DNA of 64,000 nucleotides from a virus (Duplodnaviria; Caudoviricetes): IMG/VR virus record IMGVR_UViG_3300042288_001626; one strand, 5' to 3'. Shown piece by piece: positions 35,763 to 46,375 of this stretch (position 1 is its first letter; each line of letters starts with the position of its first letter). The notes under the pieces were generated by a model. It saw only the letters and a program-made list of their open reading frames with translations, ran no database searches and was not told where the DNA came from. The position numbers and the translations under genes were made by a program.

Positions 35763-38036
35763 TTAAGCGTTAGGAATTTCCCAGTATACTCCGAGAATGC
35801 CTATGTTCCCAACATACGAATATGCCGGGAAGGTTGTGGCCACCCTCATGATTTTAAAATTAACTACAGTATCTTCGTGAATAAATTCCCCAGGTATACT
35901 GAACAGAGGGACTTGGGATCCTGCGAGTTCAGTATAGCCTACCTTAACGGACGTATTGGCTGCGTAGGCAACCGCGAAAGGAGTTAACTCAAATTCAACA
36001 GGATTTGTTGTCGGCGTAAATGTCACAAAGTTATCTACTTTAGTATAAATAGTAGGAGAAGCTCCGTTATAGGCTGATACAGCGGAATACTCGAACGAAA
36101 ACGCCACTGTTCTATTTGGAGATGTAGCCAGCCCGTCGATGTCACCAAACATATGGAAAACAAGATTTAACGGGTTGCCGTTAGAATAGCCTTTAGGTAA
36201 AACGATCTTACCCACAAGGCCAACTGGCGTTTGAGATGGCGGAGGCAATTTTAAATAAGAAGTAAGCTTAATAAACTCCAGTCTTGAATTTATAGGCTCT
36301 ATAGAATCTACCTGCCCTGACATCCCTTGACCTCGGTAAGAAACATTCCACACTCCTGTACCGGCAGCCTGCTCAGTAACGGAAATGCCTCCAACTCCGA
36401 CAAGTTTAGACACCACAGGGGTAACAACTGTCTTAAAGGTACCAGAAGGCTTATGGAAAGCCAGAGCAGCGATAGCTCTGTTGGTAGCGTATGACCCAGT
36501 TCGAGAAGCAGGGAACTGAGCGACATCTTGAAATAAAGTGTCCAAATAGCCTACATGATCAAAAACAGGAGTTATATCTACAACCAGATCTCCCGTGGTA
36601 GCTGTTTGTGTAGGATTGTCTCTATTATAAAACTTAATAAAGTTTCCTGACTTATTGACTTCTGTGTTCGACGTTTGCAGCGAGTGAACTAGCTGCGTTT
36701 TCAATGCAGGGTTAAACTGAGAAAAGCTGGTAAATATTTTCTTCCTTGAGGAGTCGAGCGAAGTTTTTAGGCTTGTGGAGTCCAGGGCAACTTCAACTTG
36801 CTTGAACAGGCCTGCATCGTAGCCAGCTAAAGTGTTTATAGCCTGTAACACAGTCCATTTAGTCGATCCTACAAATCTCCACATTATGTAGTCACCGGCA
36901 GAGGAAAACTCAACAGCTCTGGTGTCTGCTCCTCTGATATCATCAAGAGTACAAATAACGTTGGTATAAGTAGGATCTCCAACATACCTCCAACGCAAAC
37001 AAGGATTCCACAATAAAGTTTGTGCGGTCTGAGGGTACTGCGAGGACCATGGTTGATTTCCGGCTGTGTTTGAGTGCCACCACAACCCATACTCATTAAT
37101 TGAGTATGTTCCTGCGGTGTCGAAGGTATCTTTAAATCTGCTCAAGAGGCCGTCAACATACAGTTGAATAAAATTAGAAGGTACCGGAGGCAGATACTTC
37201 AGAAGCTCCGAGGCCTCTGCACGTTCGTATATAGAAAGGCCCGTATCGGTAGCCAATACTTCGGGAGTAGGTATGTTGTAATAAAACAATGCTCCTGGAG
37301 GTATGCTTGAAACTCCTGCGGAAGCAGCAGGTATCCAACCCAGCTTTGTAAGGTCTGGATTAGTAATACTCCATGTCGTATTTAAGACTGGTACACCAGC
37401 TACTCTATCAAGGATATTATAGCGGTAATTTATGAAGAATTGAGAAAACTCAGGAACTACCGTATGTAATAAAAATTTCCTTTTAGATACTGCATAGCCC
37501 ACATAAACAGGAATACCTGAAGGATCTTTGGTAATTTTTCCTTTTGATTTAGAAGATAGGAAATAGGGGCCTACAGAAAAAGACTCAACTACACCGTTTA
37601 TTTGTTGTAATAACCCTAGTTTAGCGTCATCTATATCCACGTCAAACTCACACAAACCCTCTGTAAAAACATCAGCAGAGCGTGTACCCAGATAAATGGT
37701 TTTAGTAATTCCAAACGAATAATTTGAGTTATTCGCAGTGAACATGGAAGATGAGCTGGAGGAATTAAACCCTGAAATGCCTTTAGCCAACCCTTCTCCG
37801 GAAGCATCCTGCTTGTAATAGGTTAAACTGAGTTCCCCTACATTAAAAGTCTCATCAGGATGCATAGGCTGATCAAAACTGATCAACACAGACTTCCCAG
37901 CGACTTCTTCGAACTTTTCAAAAAGATGCTGATCTCTCTGAGTTAACTGGTCTATAGGTACATTGACAGTGGCTTGCTCTACAGCCTCACCGTCTTTTAT
38001 TTTTCTGACTACTGGCAGCCAAGGAGTTAAGCTCAT
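35763..38036 (-). CDS. tail/baseplate structural protein (757 aa)
   Basis: VRKIKDGEAVEQATVNVPIDQLTQRDQHL (fibre-type N-terminus); beta-rich; tail operon context. Confidence 0.5.
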   Translation of the reverse strand: MSLTPWLPVVRKIKDGEAVEQATVNVPIDQLTQRDQHLFEKFEEVAGKSVLISFDQPMHPDETFNVGELSLTYYKQDASGEGLAKGISGFNSSSSSSMFTANNSNYSFGITKTIYLGTRSADVFTEGLCEFDVDIDDAKLGLLQQINGVVESFSVGPYFLSSKSKGKITKDPSGIPVYVGYAVSKRKFLLHTVVPEFSQFFINYRYNILDRVAGVPVLNTTWSITNPDLTKLGWIPAASAGVSSIPPGALFYYNIPTPEVLATDTGLSIYERAEASELLKYLPPVPSNFIQLYVDGLLSRFKDTFDTAGTYSINEYGLWWHSNTAGNQPWSSQYPQTAQTLLWNPCLRWRYVGDPTYTNVICTLDDIRGADTRAVEFSSAGDYIMWRFVGSTKWTVLQAINTLAGYDAGLFKQVEVALDSTSLKTSLDSSRKKIFTSFSQFNPALKTQLVHSLQTSNTEVNKSGNFIKFYNRDNPTQTATTGDLVVDITPVFDHVGYLDTLFQDVAQFPASRTGSYATNRAIAALAFHKPSGTFKTVVTPVVSKLVGVGGISVTEQAAGTGVWNVSYRGQGMSGQVDSIEPINSRLEFIKLTSYLKLPPPSQTPVGLVGKIVLPKGYSNGNPLNLVFHMFGDIDGLATSPNRTVAFSFEYSAVSAYNGASPTIYTKVDNFVTFTPTTNPVEFELTPFAVAYAANTSVKVGYTELAGSQVPLFSIPGEFIHEDTVVNFKIMRVATTFPAYSYVGNIGILGVYWEIPNA

Positions 38037-38040
38037 AATA

Positions 38041-38607
38041 TTAATTTGGAAGAATAGTTCTTACTCCCCAAGTAATGGTGAAGTTGTAGTTGTCGTTGTA
38101 CTGTATTGCAGTAAAATTAGTTCTAGAAAAAACCGTATCAGTAAGAGGATTGCTCTCGTCCGAGACAGAAACTAGTGCGACCTCGTATATCTTACTGCTG
38201 GTGTCGAATACCGCTCCTCCTGCTGCTTGAGCTGTAGTAATCATTGTGGAAAACAATACAGTATTCTGGTCGTAGCCTGCAGAAGAGGAATATATAGGAG
38301 AAAAGGTGAGAGGCTCTCTCAGGTAGCCAAACGGAGCAGAGAAACTGGTGAACGGGGCCGAATAATCTACATCAATACCTGGAGGGTTAAAAGTACCTGC
38401 CGAGTTGTTATAGCCTATATACATACCCCATATTTTGGCGGACGGATCTCCTCCCAAAGCCCGAGCAATTAGTTTTGCTCCGCCTTTCAGGATAGTATTA
38501 TTCTTATCCACTATTAGGGATGATTCGCCAGTAACCTTATCATGCTTCCAGACCTGAATAAACCCTGTTAAAGCTTTATTAACGCTTAAAATTTCTGATG
38601 TTGACAT
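38041..38607 (-). CDS. baseplate/tail-collar protein
   Basis: NTILKGGAKLIARALGG...YIGY...IYEVALV...FSRTNF...ITW pattern of fibre-attachment proteins. Confidence 0.45.
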   Translation of the reverse strand: MSTSEILSVNKALTGFIQVWKHDKVTGESSLIVDKNNTILKGGAKLIARALGGDPSAKIWGMYIGYNNSAGTFNPPGIDVDYSAPFTSFSAPFGYLREPLTFSPIYSSSAGYDQNTVLFSTMITTAQAAGGAVFDTSSKIYEVALVSVSDESNPLTDTVFSRTNFTAIQYNDNYNFTITWGVRTILPN

Positions 38608-38613
38608 AGAGTA

Positions 38614-38642
38614 AGTATATTTAAGATTTCACTAGAAGTCGA
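38614..38642 (-). promoter_or_regulatory. sigma70-like promoter TCGACT-17-TATACT, leaderless geometry
   Basis: The -10 ends 6 nt before the ATG at 38607. Confidence 0.55.
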
Positions 38643-40509
38643 TTAATAAGATACTTTGAACTTCTTTGGTTGAAGGGCCTCTTGGAGGTTCTCCAGGGTT
38701 ATTGACTATCTTCGGGATATAAGAACGAAGCAGTCCTGTTCTTATCCCTGTAGCTGTAGACCCTTTTGTTTTAGTGTTGTTAATATCCAAATCGTCGAGA
38801 TTAGATATATTAGAAAATTTATCTGTTCCGTCGGCATGGAGTGGCTGTCCTTGTCTGAATGGTCCTAGAGAGATGCAGAACAGCCTATTCACGTAATCTT
38901 TATAATAATTTTTATCTGTTACGTTACCTGGACGAGCTCCTGGACTGCTGATTAGATTTCCTGACAGATCATACACAGGCATGTTTACGGAGCCGTCTGC
39001 ACAAAATTGCTGATTACCAAAGCCAGGAATAGTGAGACCTCTGTTCAAAGTTGACAGTTCGTCTGTAGCTAACTGAAACGCAACACTAACTAAAATAAAA
39101 ACATGAGGAGGCAAAAACCTCTGTATTGATGGAAGAAGATCAAAAAATAGACTAAGCTCTCCCTCGGAGTAAAACTTCAACTTCAGCAAGATTGTATTAT
39201 TTTTTAAAAAATTCGAGAACACGAAGTTTAAAGGATTTATAGCTGTCCTTGCAGGAGTGTCTTTATCTAGATGCAAAGCCTTCAGCAAAATTTCTTTGTT
39301 TTCGGGCAAATTGAGCCTCGCATTGAACAGAGCTACATCGGCTGGATTGCCTACCACAGGGAAAACAAATCCTTCTTCCGGGGTGTAGTCTACAAAATTT
39401 TCTGCATTCTCGAAAAGTAGTTGATGTTGATTGTCGATTGCAAAAACATGCTTCGGCAAAGCCACTCTAGGAGATTCAAATTCCCGCAGCCACCAAACAG
39501 GATCTATCACAGAATCAACAAACTTAACAGAGTCAGTCAAACACTCACCAGCATACAATGTATCTCCTAAAGAAATAGAGTAATTGGGTTCCACATAAAC
39601 TGGATATTTATAGGTGTTCTTGTCGGTAATTACATACCTATACATGTCGTCTGCATACATGTCTGTAACAGTCTCAGTGGAAGACAACACCGAAGGACTC
39701 TTACAGAGTATAGAAAAAACAGCATTCAGTGCAGATATTGTTGGACCTCCCACAGCAAGGGACATAACCGTTTCAAGCAGCTGCTTATACTGCACTGACG
39801 AAGGAAGCCTTATGTCAAACAACTGTCCGAAGTTTAAATACAGCTGATCCTCATCTATTTTTGCTGTATAGGCCCAGAGTATCAGGAATTCGTCCTGCAC
39901 TACCTTTCCTGAAGAATCTGTATACGTAGCTCTGTCTCCTGAATCGTCAAAAAGAGCAGCCTTCGGTAATGAGGGAGTATTAAACAGGTCCTGGTTAAAG
40001 TACATTACACCTTTCTCAAAAACAACATCAACTCCAGGAACCAGTATAAGGGAAGGAGATATGATTCTATTCGTGAGAAGACCGAAAGAGTGTAAACCGA
40101 TTTTTGGAGTAAAACTAAAATACGCTTTGTTTGCAGACTCTTTTGAGAATCCAAACCTGAATAACTGACCTGCATAAGCTTTATTGTCTGGCGGCTGAAT
40201 ACCAAAGACTGCCTCGCCTGGTTCAAAGACAAACGGACTACGGTTAAACTCTGACTTTTTAATCACTATAGGCTTCCAGCGTACTGTGTGAAAAACATCT
40301 ATATGTTTAACAGATAGAGAATTTACTGTCTCCGTAAGTCTATAGTAAGACTGAATGAGTTCCTCCGCCATTCCGGCAGTGTAGCCTCTCAAGGCTTCCT
40401 GATCTTGGAATACTTGCGTCCAAAAGGTACCTAAGGCTCTATACAGATATTGTCCGTCAATAGCCCCTCCACCTGACGGGTAATTTTTTGATAAAAAATC
40501 AGCAAGCAT
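38632..40509 (-). CDS. baseplate wedge protein (gp7/tail-protein-I-like)
   Basis: Directly follows the baseplate-J-like gene; LGTFWTQVF, GPTISAL, ends IQSILLIDF. Confidence 0.5.
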   Translation of the reverse strand: MLADFLSKNYPSGGGAIDGQYLYRALGTFWTQVFQDQEALRGYTAGMAEELIQSYYRLTETVNSLSVKHIDVFHTVRWKPIVIKKSEFNRSPFVFEPGEAVFGIQPPDNKAYAGQLFRFGFSKESANKAYFSFTPKIGLHSFGLLTNRIISPSLILVPGVDVVFEKGVMYFNQDLFNTPSLPKAALFDDSGDRATYTDSSGKVVQDEFLILWAYTAKIDEDQLYLNFGQLFDIRLPSSVQYKQLLETVMSLAVGGPTISALNAVFSILCKSPSVLSSTETVTDMYADDMYRYVITDKNTYKYPVYVEPNYSISLGDTLYAGECLTDSVKFVDSVIDPVWWLREFESPRVALPKHVFAIDNQHQLLFENAENFVDYTPEEGFVFPVVGNPADVALFNARLNLPENKEILLKALHLDKDTPARTAINPLNFVFSNFLKNNTILLKLKFYSEGELSLFFDLLPSIQRFLPPHVFILVSVAFQLATDELSTLNRGLTIPGFGNQQFCADGSVNMPVYDLSGNLISSPGARPGNVTDKNYYKDYVNRLFCISLGPFRQGQPLHADGTDKFSNISNLDDLDINNTKTKGSTATGIRTGLLRSYIPKIVNNPGEPPRGPSTKEVQSILLIDF

Positions 40510-40513
40510 AAGT

Positions 40514-42139
40514 TTAAACTATACTCAAACCTATATTATCTATTACTGACGAGTTTGGATTGGTGGCGTCATAGTAATCTATAAAATAGGCTGTGGTTTT
40601 TGGAGATATACCGTTCGAGAGATTGGTAGGAATGGAAAGAACATCGCTATCATTCAGGTACTGCGCACCAGAAGTGCCATCGTCATTCACGTACAATATA
40701 ACTCCTGACATCTTTATGGGAAGGTCTACCCTTTTAATGTCGTAGTTATGACACATGTCGATAATGGTGGATGCATACAACTCTCCTCCGAAAGGAATTG
40801 TGTTTATATAATTAAAGATATCTTTCTTGAGTTGTGCTAGTCCTAGGCTAGCTGCGTCGTCGGTAGGTTTCTTCTTAACAAGGTTAATGTTTAAAGAGAC
40901 CATACAAGGAGTGACTGCTTTCACTAGATAATCTGCACAGGCAAGTCTCTCAGAGTCTGAAAGCAGCAAGTCTTGAATCTCGAGAATGTTGGGTTGATAG
41001 GAAGCTTCGACAATAAAATCTGCATACTCTCCCTGAGCTACAGAAGGATAACCGTCATAAGTAAATGAGAGGGTCGCAGTCTGATACTTGGTAAATCTTG
41101 CATCGGTTACTGAAAAAATTTCGTTATTTCTGCTATTTGGGTAAGTTGCCTTACCGTATACTGTAGAAAAAACTAAAGAGCCTGTAAGATTGAGGACTGT
41201 CGAAGCAGGAATAAGGGAAATTATGCGATAAAACCCTGGGATGTCGGTACCCAGCATTTCGAGAGTCCAGGTATTGTTGCTTCCTTTTTTAGCCTGTTTG
41301 GTTATGTGAGTAATTGCAGGACCTACGCTTGTACGAACATACACGTCAGCTTTCCCGAACGTGGCCAGTCCAAGTACATTTTGTTTCGACCTGGTTAATT
41401 CTGTGTCGTTAGCTCCGCAGACAGATAAAGACTGGAAGGAAGGAAACTCTGCACGGAGACGGTTAGCTATACCTGCAGCAGACTCAAACCTAGAGCTACC
41501 TAAACTGTATTTTATTTTGGAGACTAGCTGCTTATCTGTCTCTGGTGCGCTACCAGAAGAAAAATTTCCGTAAGCGGCTGCTCCTACGAAGTCGTTAATA
41601 AAGTTCGTGTCACTCAGGCTGAATACGGTGCCTGAAGGAACCTGGTACTCAGCACCAGAATATTCGGCCTCAACATCCAGCAAAAAGTAGTACATTCCTT
41701 GATTCTCATATAGCTGGATTTCAGAAAATAAAGCAGACGGGGTTGGGCTGATACGTGTATCCGCCACCAGCAAGTAGCTCAAATTTAATGCAGGCTGTAT
41801 AAATGTTAGTCCTGCTCTAAACACGTATTCGTTAGGTTCACTCACAGTGACCTTTATTTTGCCTTTAACTTTGACTCCTGAACTTCTCGAAACATTATAG
41901 TTTGAGGCGATCAAGTCCATAGCTACGCTACGACTATCTGAGGTAGCCGTCATTACTGAAGAAATTGAATTACTCTGCGAAAGAGCTAGAATCTCGTTGT
42001 ACTGCTGATTTTGTATTTCTGCCGCTAGCTTCAAAAGAAGCTCACTAATAACCGAACCAGGCCCTGTGTCTATATCCGCATAAGATTGCGATATGAACGC
42101 AGTCAATCTGTCTAAGGTATCTTGTTTAAGTTCTGCCAT
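40514..42139 (-). CDS. baseplate J / gp6-like wedge protein
   Basis: DTGPGSVISELL, MDLIASNYNVSR, GSAPETDKQL, GKADVYV motifs. Confidence 0.75.
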   Translation of the reverse strand: MAELKQDTLDRLTAFISQSYADIDTGPGSVISELLLKLAAEIQNQQYNEILALSQSNSISSVMTATSDSRSVAMDLIASNYNVSRSSGVKVKGKIKVTVSEPNEYVFRAGLTFIQPALNLSYLLVADTRISPTPSALFSEIQLYENQGMYYFLLDVEAEYSGAEYQVPSGTVFSLSDTNFINDFVGAAAYGNFSSGSAPETDKQLVSKIKYSLGSSRFESAAGIANRLRAEFPSFQSLSVCGANDTELTRSKQNVLGLATFGKADVYVRTSVGPAITHITKQAKKGSNNTWTLEMLGTDIPGFYRIISLIPASTVLNLTGSLVFSTVYGKATYPNSRNNEIFSVTDARFTKYQTATLSFTYDGYPSVAQGEYADFIVEASYQPNILEIQDLLLSDSERLACADYLVKAVTPCMVSLNINLVKKKPTDDAASLGLAQLKKDIFNYINTIPFGGELYASTIIDMCHNYDIKRVDLPIKMSGVILYVNDDGTSGAQYLNDSDVLSIPTNLSNGISPKTTAYFIDYYDATNPNSSVIDNIGLSIV

Positions 42140-42143
42140 ATGG

Positions 42144-42665
42144 TTATTTAGGTAAAGGAAGCAGGAACGGTATGGTGCTTCCTGCTTCTGTCGTAATTTC
42201 TACACTGAAAGTGGCGACTCCAGAAGCCAATACCACGTCAACCAGTTCAGCAGAAACAATCCGCTCATCCGTCGGAGTTGTAGGATTATTGGTCTGATAC
42301 TCAATCAGTGTATTTACGGCTTTGTAGCTTGCGATTGTAAATAGCTGGGAAGCTCGAAGAGTGTCTACAGGAGACAGTCCTTCCTGAATAGAGTATAGGA
42401 AGGTTGTCCCAAAAGAAGGGAACCCTATTTGAGAACCTACGTTAGTTAACAGAATAATAGCGTATTTCTGAATCAGTTTTTGTACCCCTGCACAAAACCT
42501 AGTGGTCTTACCGAAAGAAGGAGCAACTATGTTAGGATAAGTGTCTATTTGAGTTAGTGTCCAAGCAGAAGACGACTCGGCAGAGTTATACGGATTAGGA
42601 TACTGTAAAATACTAATATCCTTTGTCCTGTTTGTATAATCGGTGCTTATCGTAGATATGGCCAT
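42144..42665 (-). CDS. gp25-like baseplate wedge/sheath initiator
   Basis: GVQKLIQKYAIILLTNVGSQ...FGTTFL...ERIVSAEL. Confidence 0.65.
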   Translation of the reverse strand: MAISTISTDYTNRTKDISILQYPNPYNSAESSSAWTLTQIDTYPNIVAPSFGKTTRFCAGVQKLIQKYAIILLTNVGSQIGFPSFGTTFLYSIQEGLSPVDTLRASQLFTIASYKAVNTLIEYQTNNPTTPTDERIVSAELVDVVLASGVATFSVEITTEAGSTIPFLLPLPK

Positions 42666-42667
42666 AG

Positions 42668-43087
42668 CTAGTTCTTATCCATTTGTTTTTTAAACTCACC
42701 TAGCACACCCATGGACTGTCCTACGGTGCGCATATTTCTTTGTCCTTTTTGGGCTAGGTCATCCCTGTAATAGTGCATCCTACCTTTAAACCGTTGAACA
42801 AAACACTTATTGAAGCTGTACAGAGCAGATATCTCTATTTTGAGTGCGCTTATTCCTAATCTAGCCGACTCCTTCTCCTCTTTGACTCTTCGAGTAAACT
42901 TATCGTTCAAATCCTCACGATCTACAAATTCTCTTAAATTTTCTAGTTTTAAGTCGTCTGAATAGCTTAAAGCCTGTAGAGCCCACAATCTCCCTTCTGA
43001 GTCGTTTGCCAGGCGTCTTTCAGGCACCTGTTTTTCGAACCAGTCTTTTATTTTAGTTATTAGCTTATTTAATGTTGTGATAGCCAT
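42668..43087 (-). CDS. hypothetical protein coupled to the sigma gene
   Basis: Start overlaps the sigma stop (TAATG). Confidence 0.6.
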   Translation of the reverse strand: MAITTLNKLITKIKDWFEKQVPERRLANDSEGRLWALQALSYSDDLKLENLREFVDREDLNDKFTRRVKEEKESARLGISALKIEISALYSFNKCFVQRFKGRMHYYRDDLAQKGQRNMRTVGQSMGVLGEFKKQMDKN

Positions 43088-43719
43088 TATTTCCAGCCCT
43101 TAGCTAGCGTCGTATTTATTACCTTAATTCTATTATTTAATGTGCTTGTAGACAAATTTAATTTACGAGCAATAGCTGAGTTGTCTAGTGTAGGCTTACC
43201 TCCAAAGCCTGTTTTATGCTCAAAGATAAGTTTATCTGTGTCTGATAGGTCGTGATACACAAACTGCACCCACTCATCGTTAGCATGCTCAAAAAGAGTA
43301 GGAGCTTCGAACAAAGAAGATATTCCTGTGCTTACCTTCTTGGTGGATAGGGTGTTTACAACTGCTTTTGTGCTCATCCCTGAGTGATGCGACAGCTCCT
43401 CTACGGTAGGAGACCTCCCTAGCGTATGCTCAAGGTCTTTTTCAAGCTTCTGTATTTTGTTCAATCCGAACTGCACATTTTCTGGAGTCCTTACTACTCC
43501 TCCGTATTTCGTGGACATTCGTGATAGCTTCTTCAGATTGTTTACAAGATGCGTGCTGAATTTATAGCCAGAATTAGGGTTGTAGGATTTTGCGGCTTCT
43601 CTGGCAAGCTTGTAGGCTTCAATTTGTACAGAGATCAGAGGTAAGTTGGTAGCATGTCTGGCAGCCTCCAACTCAATTAGCCTCTTGTTGTCACTAATCA
43701 ATTGCTCTATATTGTTCAT
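43087..43719 (-). CDS. phage sigma70-family RNA polymerase sigma factor
   Basis: Region 2 EAAKSYNPNSGYKFSTH; region 3 LEHTLGRSPTVEELS; region 4 LSDTDKLIF...AIARKLNLSTSTLNNR. Confidence 0.85.
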   Translation of the reverse strand: MNNIEQLISDNKRLIELEAARHATNLPLISVQIEAYKLAREAAKSYNPNSGYKFSTHLVNNLKKLSRMSTKYGGVVRTPENVQFGLNKIQKLEKDLEHTLGRSPTVEELSHHSGMSTKAVVNTLSTKKVSTGISSLFEAPTLFEHANDEWVQFVYHDLSDTDKLIFEHKTGFGGKPTLDNSAIARKLNLSTSTLNNRIKVINTTLAKGWK

Positions 43720-43724
43720 GAGTA

Positions 43725-45419
43725 TTAAGAACCTCCTATGTCTGATAAGAAAGCTGCCTGAATTGCTTTTTCTTTGGCCAGATTATAGCCTAAATACATG
43801 TCTTGTTCAACACCTGGAGGAGAGGCTCCTACCCGACCGCAGCAAAAAGTAATAGATGTCATGGCTGTTCCGTTATGAGGAGCTCCCATCTCTATTCTAT
43901 GAGTTACTCCAGTAACATAAAAAGCTACAAACGTTCCGGTTTCGCGAACATATAAACTCCCACTTGTCCCCGGCACCCACTTAGGATTAAAATCTAATGT
44001 TATCGACCCCTGCCTGTCACCATAGCGAGCTTGATAGTATTTTGTTTCCGCGTAATTTTTGAGGACATCTCGAAGGCTTGCCACAAACCTCTGATCCTTC
44101 TTTTCTTGCCGAGCTACCAACCCTTCCTGCTTGGCTTTCTTTGCTGACTCATAATCTCCTGCTCCTTGCAGATCTTTTTTTGCCGAGTCCGCAGACTGCT
44201 TCATCACCTTCGCATCCTCAGTAGTGGATGAATACGGAGAGTATAACATAAAGGGATGAGCATTAACAACCAGGACTCCAGATGCCTGAGTTAGATTATT
44301 TTCATCAGAATAGTGTGCGAGATCTCCTCTTGCGAAATTGCCTGAGCCTACGATGTCGGTGCTCCCCTTCAGTCCTCGAGTAGATACAATAACATGAGCG
44401 ATATCTCGGTATCCATTGTCTGAATACGAGTAACCGCTGTAGTCGGCAGGATACGCTTGATTTATGTTCTGCTGCAGTTGTTTTGGTCCTGGCGTAGTGT
44501 ACTCTTGCTTCAGTACAGAATTTATCGGAACCACAAACATTTTTTCATTACCGAAAATCAATGTGCATCCCATTGTAGACAGAAAGCCCATATAATTCTC
44601 CAACAAAATATTGGACCCTCCTATAAAGAGTCTCTTCATTTCACTAAGAATTTCTGAAGCTCCTGTACGACTGCCGAGTGCTCCACCACTCACAGCAGTC
44701 AAATCAATATTGTCGAAAAGCTTTTTTGCTCTAGTAAGTGCTTTTTGATACCTAGAGTCGCTGAATATCCTGTCAAAAGGAATTTGTCCGTCAACCAATA
44801 CGTTTCTACCTATAAAAGTTTTCCAGCCTGACTGCTGCTTCTCAATAATAAGCTGCATCAACTTTGTGTATACTTCTATTGGCGTGTACTTGGAAGGGTC
44901 AAGAGACTTGTCGCCTGCAGTCAAGCGTATCCATAGAGATGTGGCCGCGTCGTCGCCTCCTTGAGGGTTAGCGATCTGAGAAAAAGATGGGTTTTTATAA
45001 ATATTTACCGAGGTTGGATAGAGCCCCGGCATGTATGTTGTAAGCTCTAACAAGGTCTGTGCCTTACCTTTCAGGACTGCTTGATATGAGTTTCCTCCTA
45101 CCAGATTACTTAGAGATAGTCCGTCCAACAGTCCTACGAACTTCAGGGTTCTGGTCGTTTTAGTTGCAGAGGCTCTGGTGGCTCCGACCCAGCTAGCTAC
45201 CTTTAAATCAACAGAAACATCCTGTTTTCTTTTTTCACCGTCAACGTCTCGAAGTACTCCAGTCGCGTTGCCCCATATTTTTATAACTCCAGGATAGTCT
45301 GGAGCCAAATCAATGTGTGCGGTAGGTACGTGTCCAAGCTGATACGATACGGTTATGCCCGTAGGAGTTACTCCTGATATCCCTGACAGCTTTAATGTTA
45401 CGTCGCTTTGCTTAGCCAT
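43725..45419 (-). CDS. baseplate hub (gp27/gp44-like)
   Basis: Beta-rich N-terminus; C-terminal RQGSITLDFNPKWVPG...FYVTGVTHRI typical of hub proteins. Confidence 0.55.
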   Translation of the reverse strand: MAKQSDVTLKLSGISGVTPTGITVSYQLGHVPTAHIDLAPDYPGVIKIWGNATGVLRDVDGEKRKQDVSVDLKVASWVGATRASATKTTRTLKFVGLLDGLSLSNLVGGNSYQAVLKGKAQTLLELTTYMPGLYPTSVNIYKNPSFSQIANPQGGDDAATSLWIRLTAGDKSLDPSKYTPIEVYTKLMQLIIEKQQSGWKTFIGRNVLVDGQIPFDRIFSDSRYQKALTRAKKLFDNIDLTAVSGGALGSRTGASEILSEMKRLFIGGSNILLENYMGFLSTMGCTLIFGNEKMFVVPINSVLKQEYTTPGPKQLQQNINQAYPADYSGYSYSDNGYRDIAHVIVSTRGLKGSTDIVGSGNFARGDLAHYSDENNLTQASGVLVVNAHPFMLYSPYSSTTEDAKVMKQSADSAKKDLQGAGDYESAKKAKQEGLVARQEKKDQRFVASLRDVLKNYAETKYYQARYGDRQGSITLDFNPKWVPGTSGSLYVRETGTFVAFYVTGVTHRIEMGAPHNGTAMTSITFCCGRVGASPPGVEQDMYLGYNLAKEKAIQAAFLSDIGGS

Positions 45420-46375
45420 ACAGAATTTACTCTATCTACGTAGGCTAACAGTAATACTGCTAGCTTGTACACATTGTTATGGTGAGTGTTCCAGATATTC
45501 CTGTAATTTGTGTCATGCGAACTGTCATGGAAATCCAGCATAGAGTCAACCGTCAAATACCTGGTATTTAAATCGTTATAGAGTTTAAAGAAATCGAAAG
45601 AATACGGAAGATCTACAGAAAAAGTCCAGGTCTTAGCTAGTCCTGCCAGGAACCCGAACTGAGGATCATTAAATTTTCCAGTGATTGTGAATGATAGTCC
45701 GGTATCGCCTATAGCTACAGGTAAGCTAGAACTGGGTGAAGAGGAAGACTGTATGGGCACATCCATATCTATACCTAGCTTTGAAGGAGCTTTGCCTGCT
45801 TTGTAGTACAATTCTCGCTCAGGACAGTAGATTCGAACTGAGGAAGTTCCAGGTATCTGCGTTATTATAAAATTCAGCACATTTGATATGTCTGAGTTTA
45901 AAAAAGTTGTTTTTCCTGTAACCAATAAGTCGTAATGCGGAGAACTACTAGCTGCTGGATTTACTTTAAACGGTTTGCGATAATCAGATATAGAATCCAG
46001 ATCATAGCTTATGCGAGAATCGTAGCGAGCCACCGCATCGGCCTGGTCTGTGGTTGAAATTAGCCTCAAGTAACAGTAGAGCAGAAACTCTTTAAAATAA
46101 ATGGAAGAATCTGTAGGAAAAAGGATATCGTAAAAATTTTTTAAAGCGGTAGGCAGCACTATGGGCACATAGTTTCTGGATATAAACTTACTGTCTCTAG
46201 AAAAAAAGCCTTCGACAGGATAGCTTGCGTTTGAGGCCAGCAATTTACCAAAAGACGTGACTATCACATTGCCGAAAGAGTCTGCCAATGCATAGTTTTG
46301 TGTAATTTTTTGAGTTATAGATATATACTCAAAAGAAGAAATATTAGCCAGTAATGTAGCAAAATGATTTACCAT
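45398..46375 (-). CDS. baseplate-region hypothetical protein
   Basis: 325-aa ORF between the tube initiator and hub. Confidence 0.55.
   Translation of the reverse strand: MVNHFATLLANISSFEYISITQKITQNYALADSFGNVIVTSFGKLLASNASYPVEGFFSRDSKFISRNYVPIVLPTALKNFYDILFPTDSSIYFKEFLLYCYLRLISTTDQADAVARYDSRISYDLDSISDYRKPFKVNPAASSSPHYDLLVTGKTTFLNSDISNVLNFIITQIPGTSSVRIYCPERELYYKAGKAPSKLGIDMDVPIQSSSSPSSSLPVAIGDTGLSFTITGKFNDPQFGFLAGLAKTWTFSVDLPYSFDFFKLYNDLNTRYLTVDSMLDFHDSSHDTNYRNIWNTHHNNVYKLAVLLLAYVDRVNSVWLSKAT

Noticed and set aside
27057-38036. Diversity-generating retroelement targeting fibre C-termini
   Set aside because: No reverse transcriptase, and no TR/VR-like near-duplicate noticed by eye.
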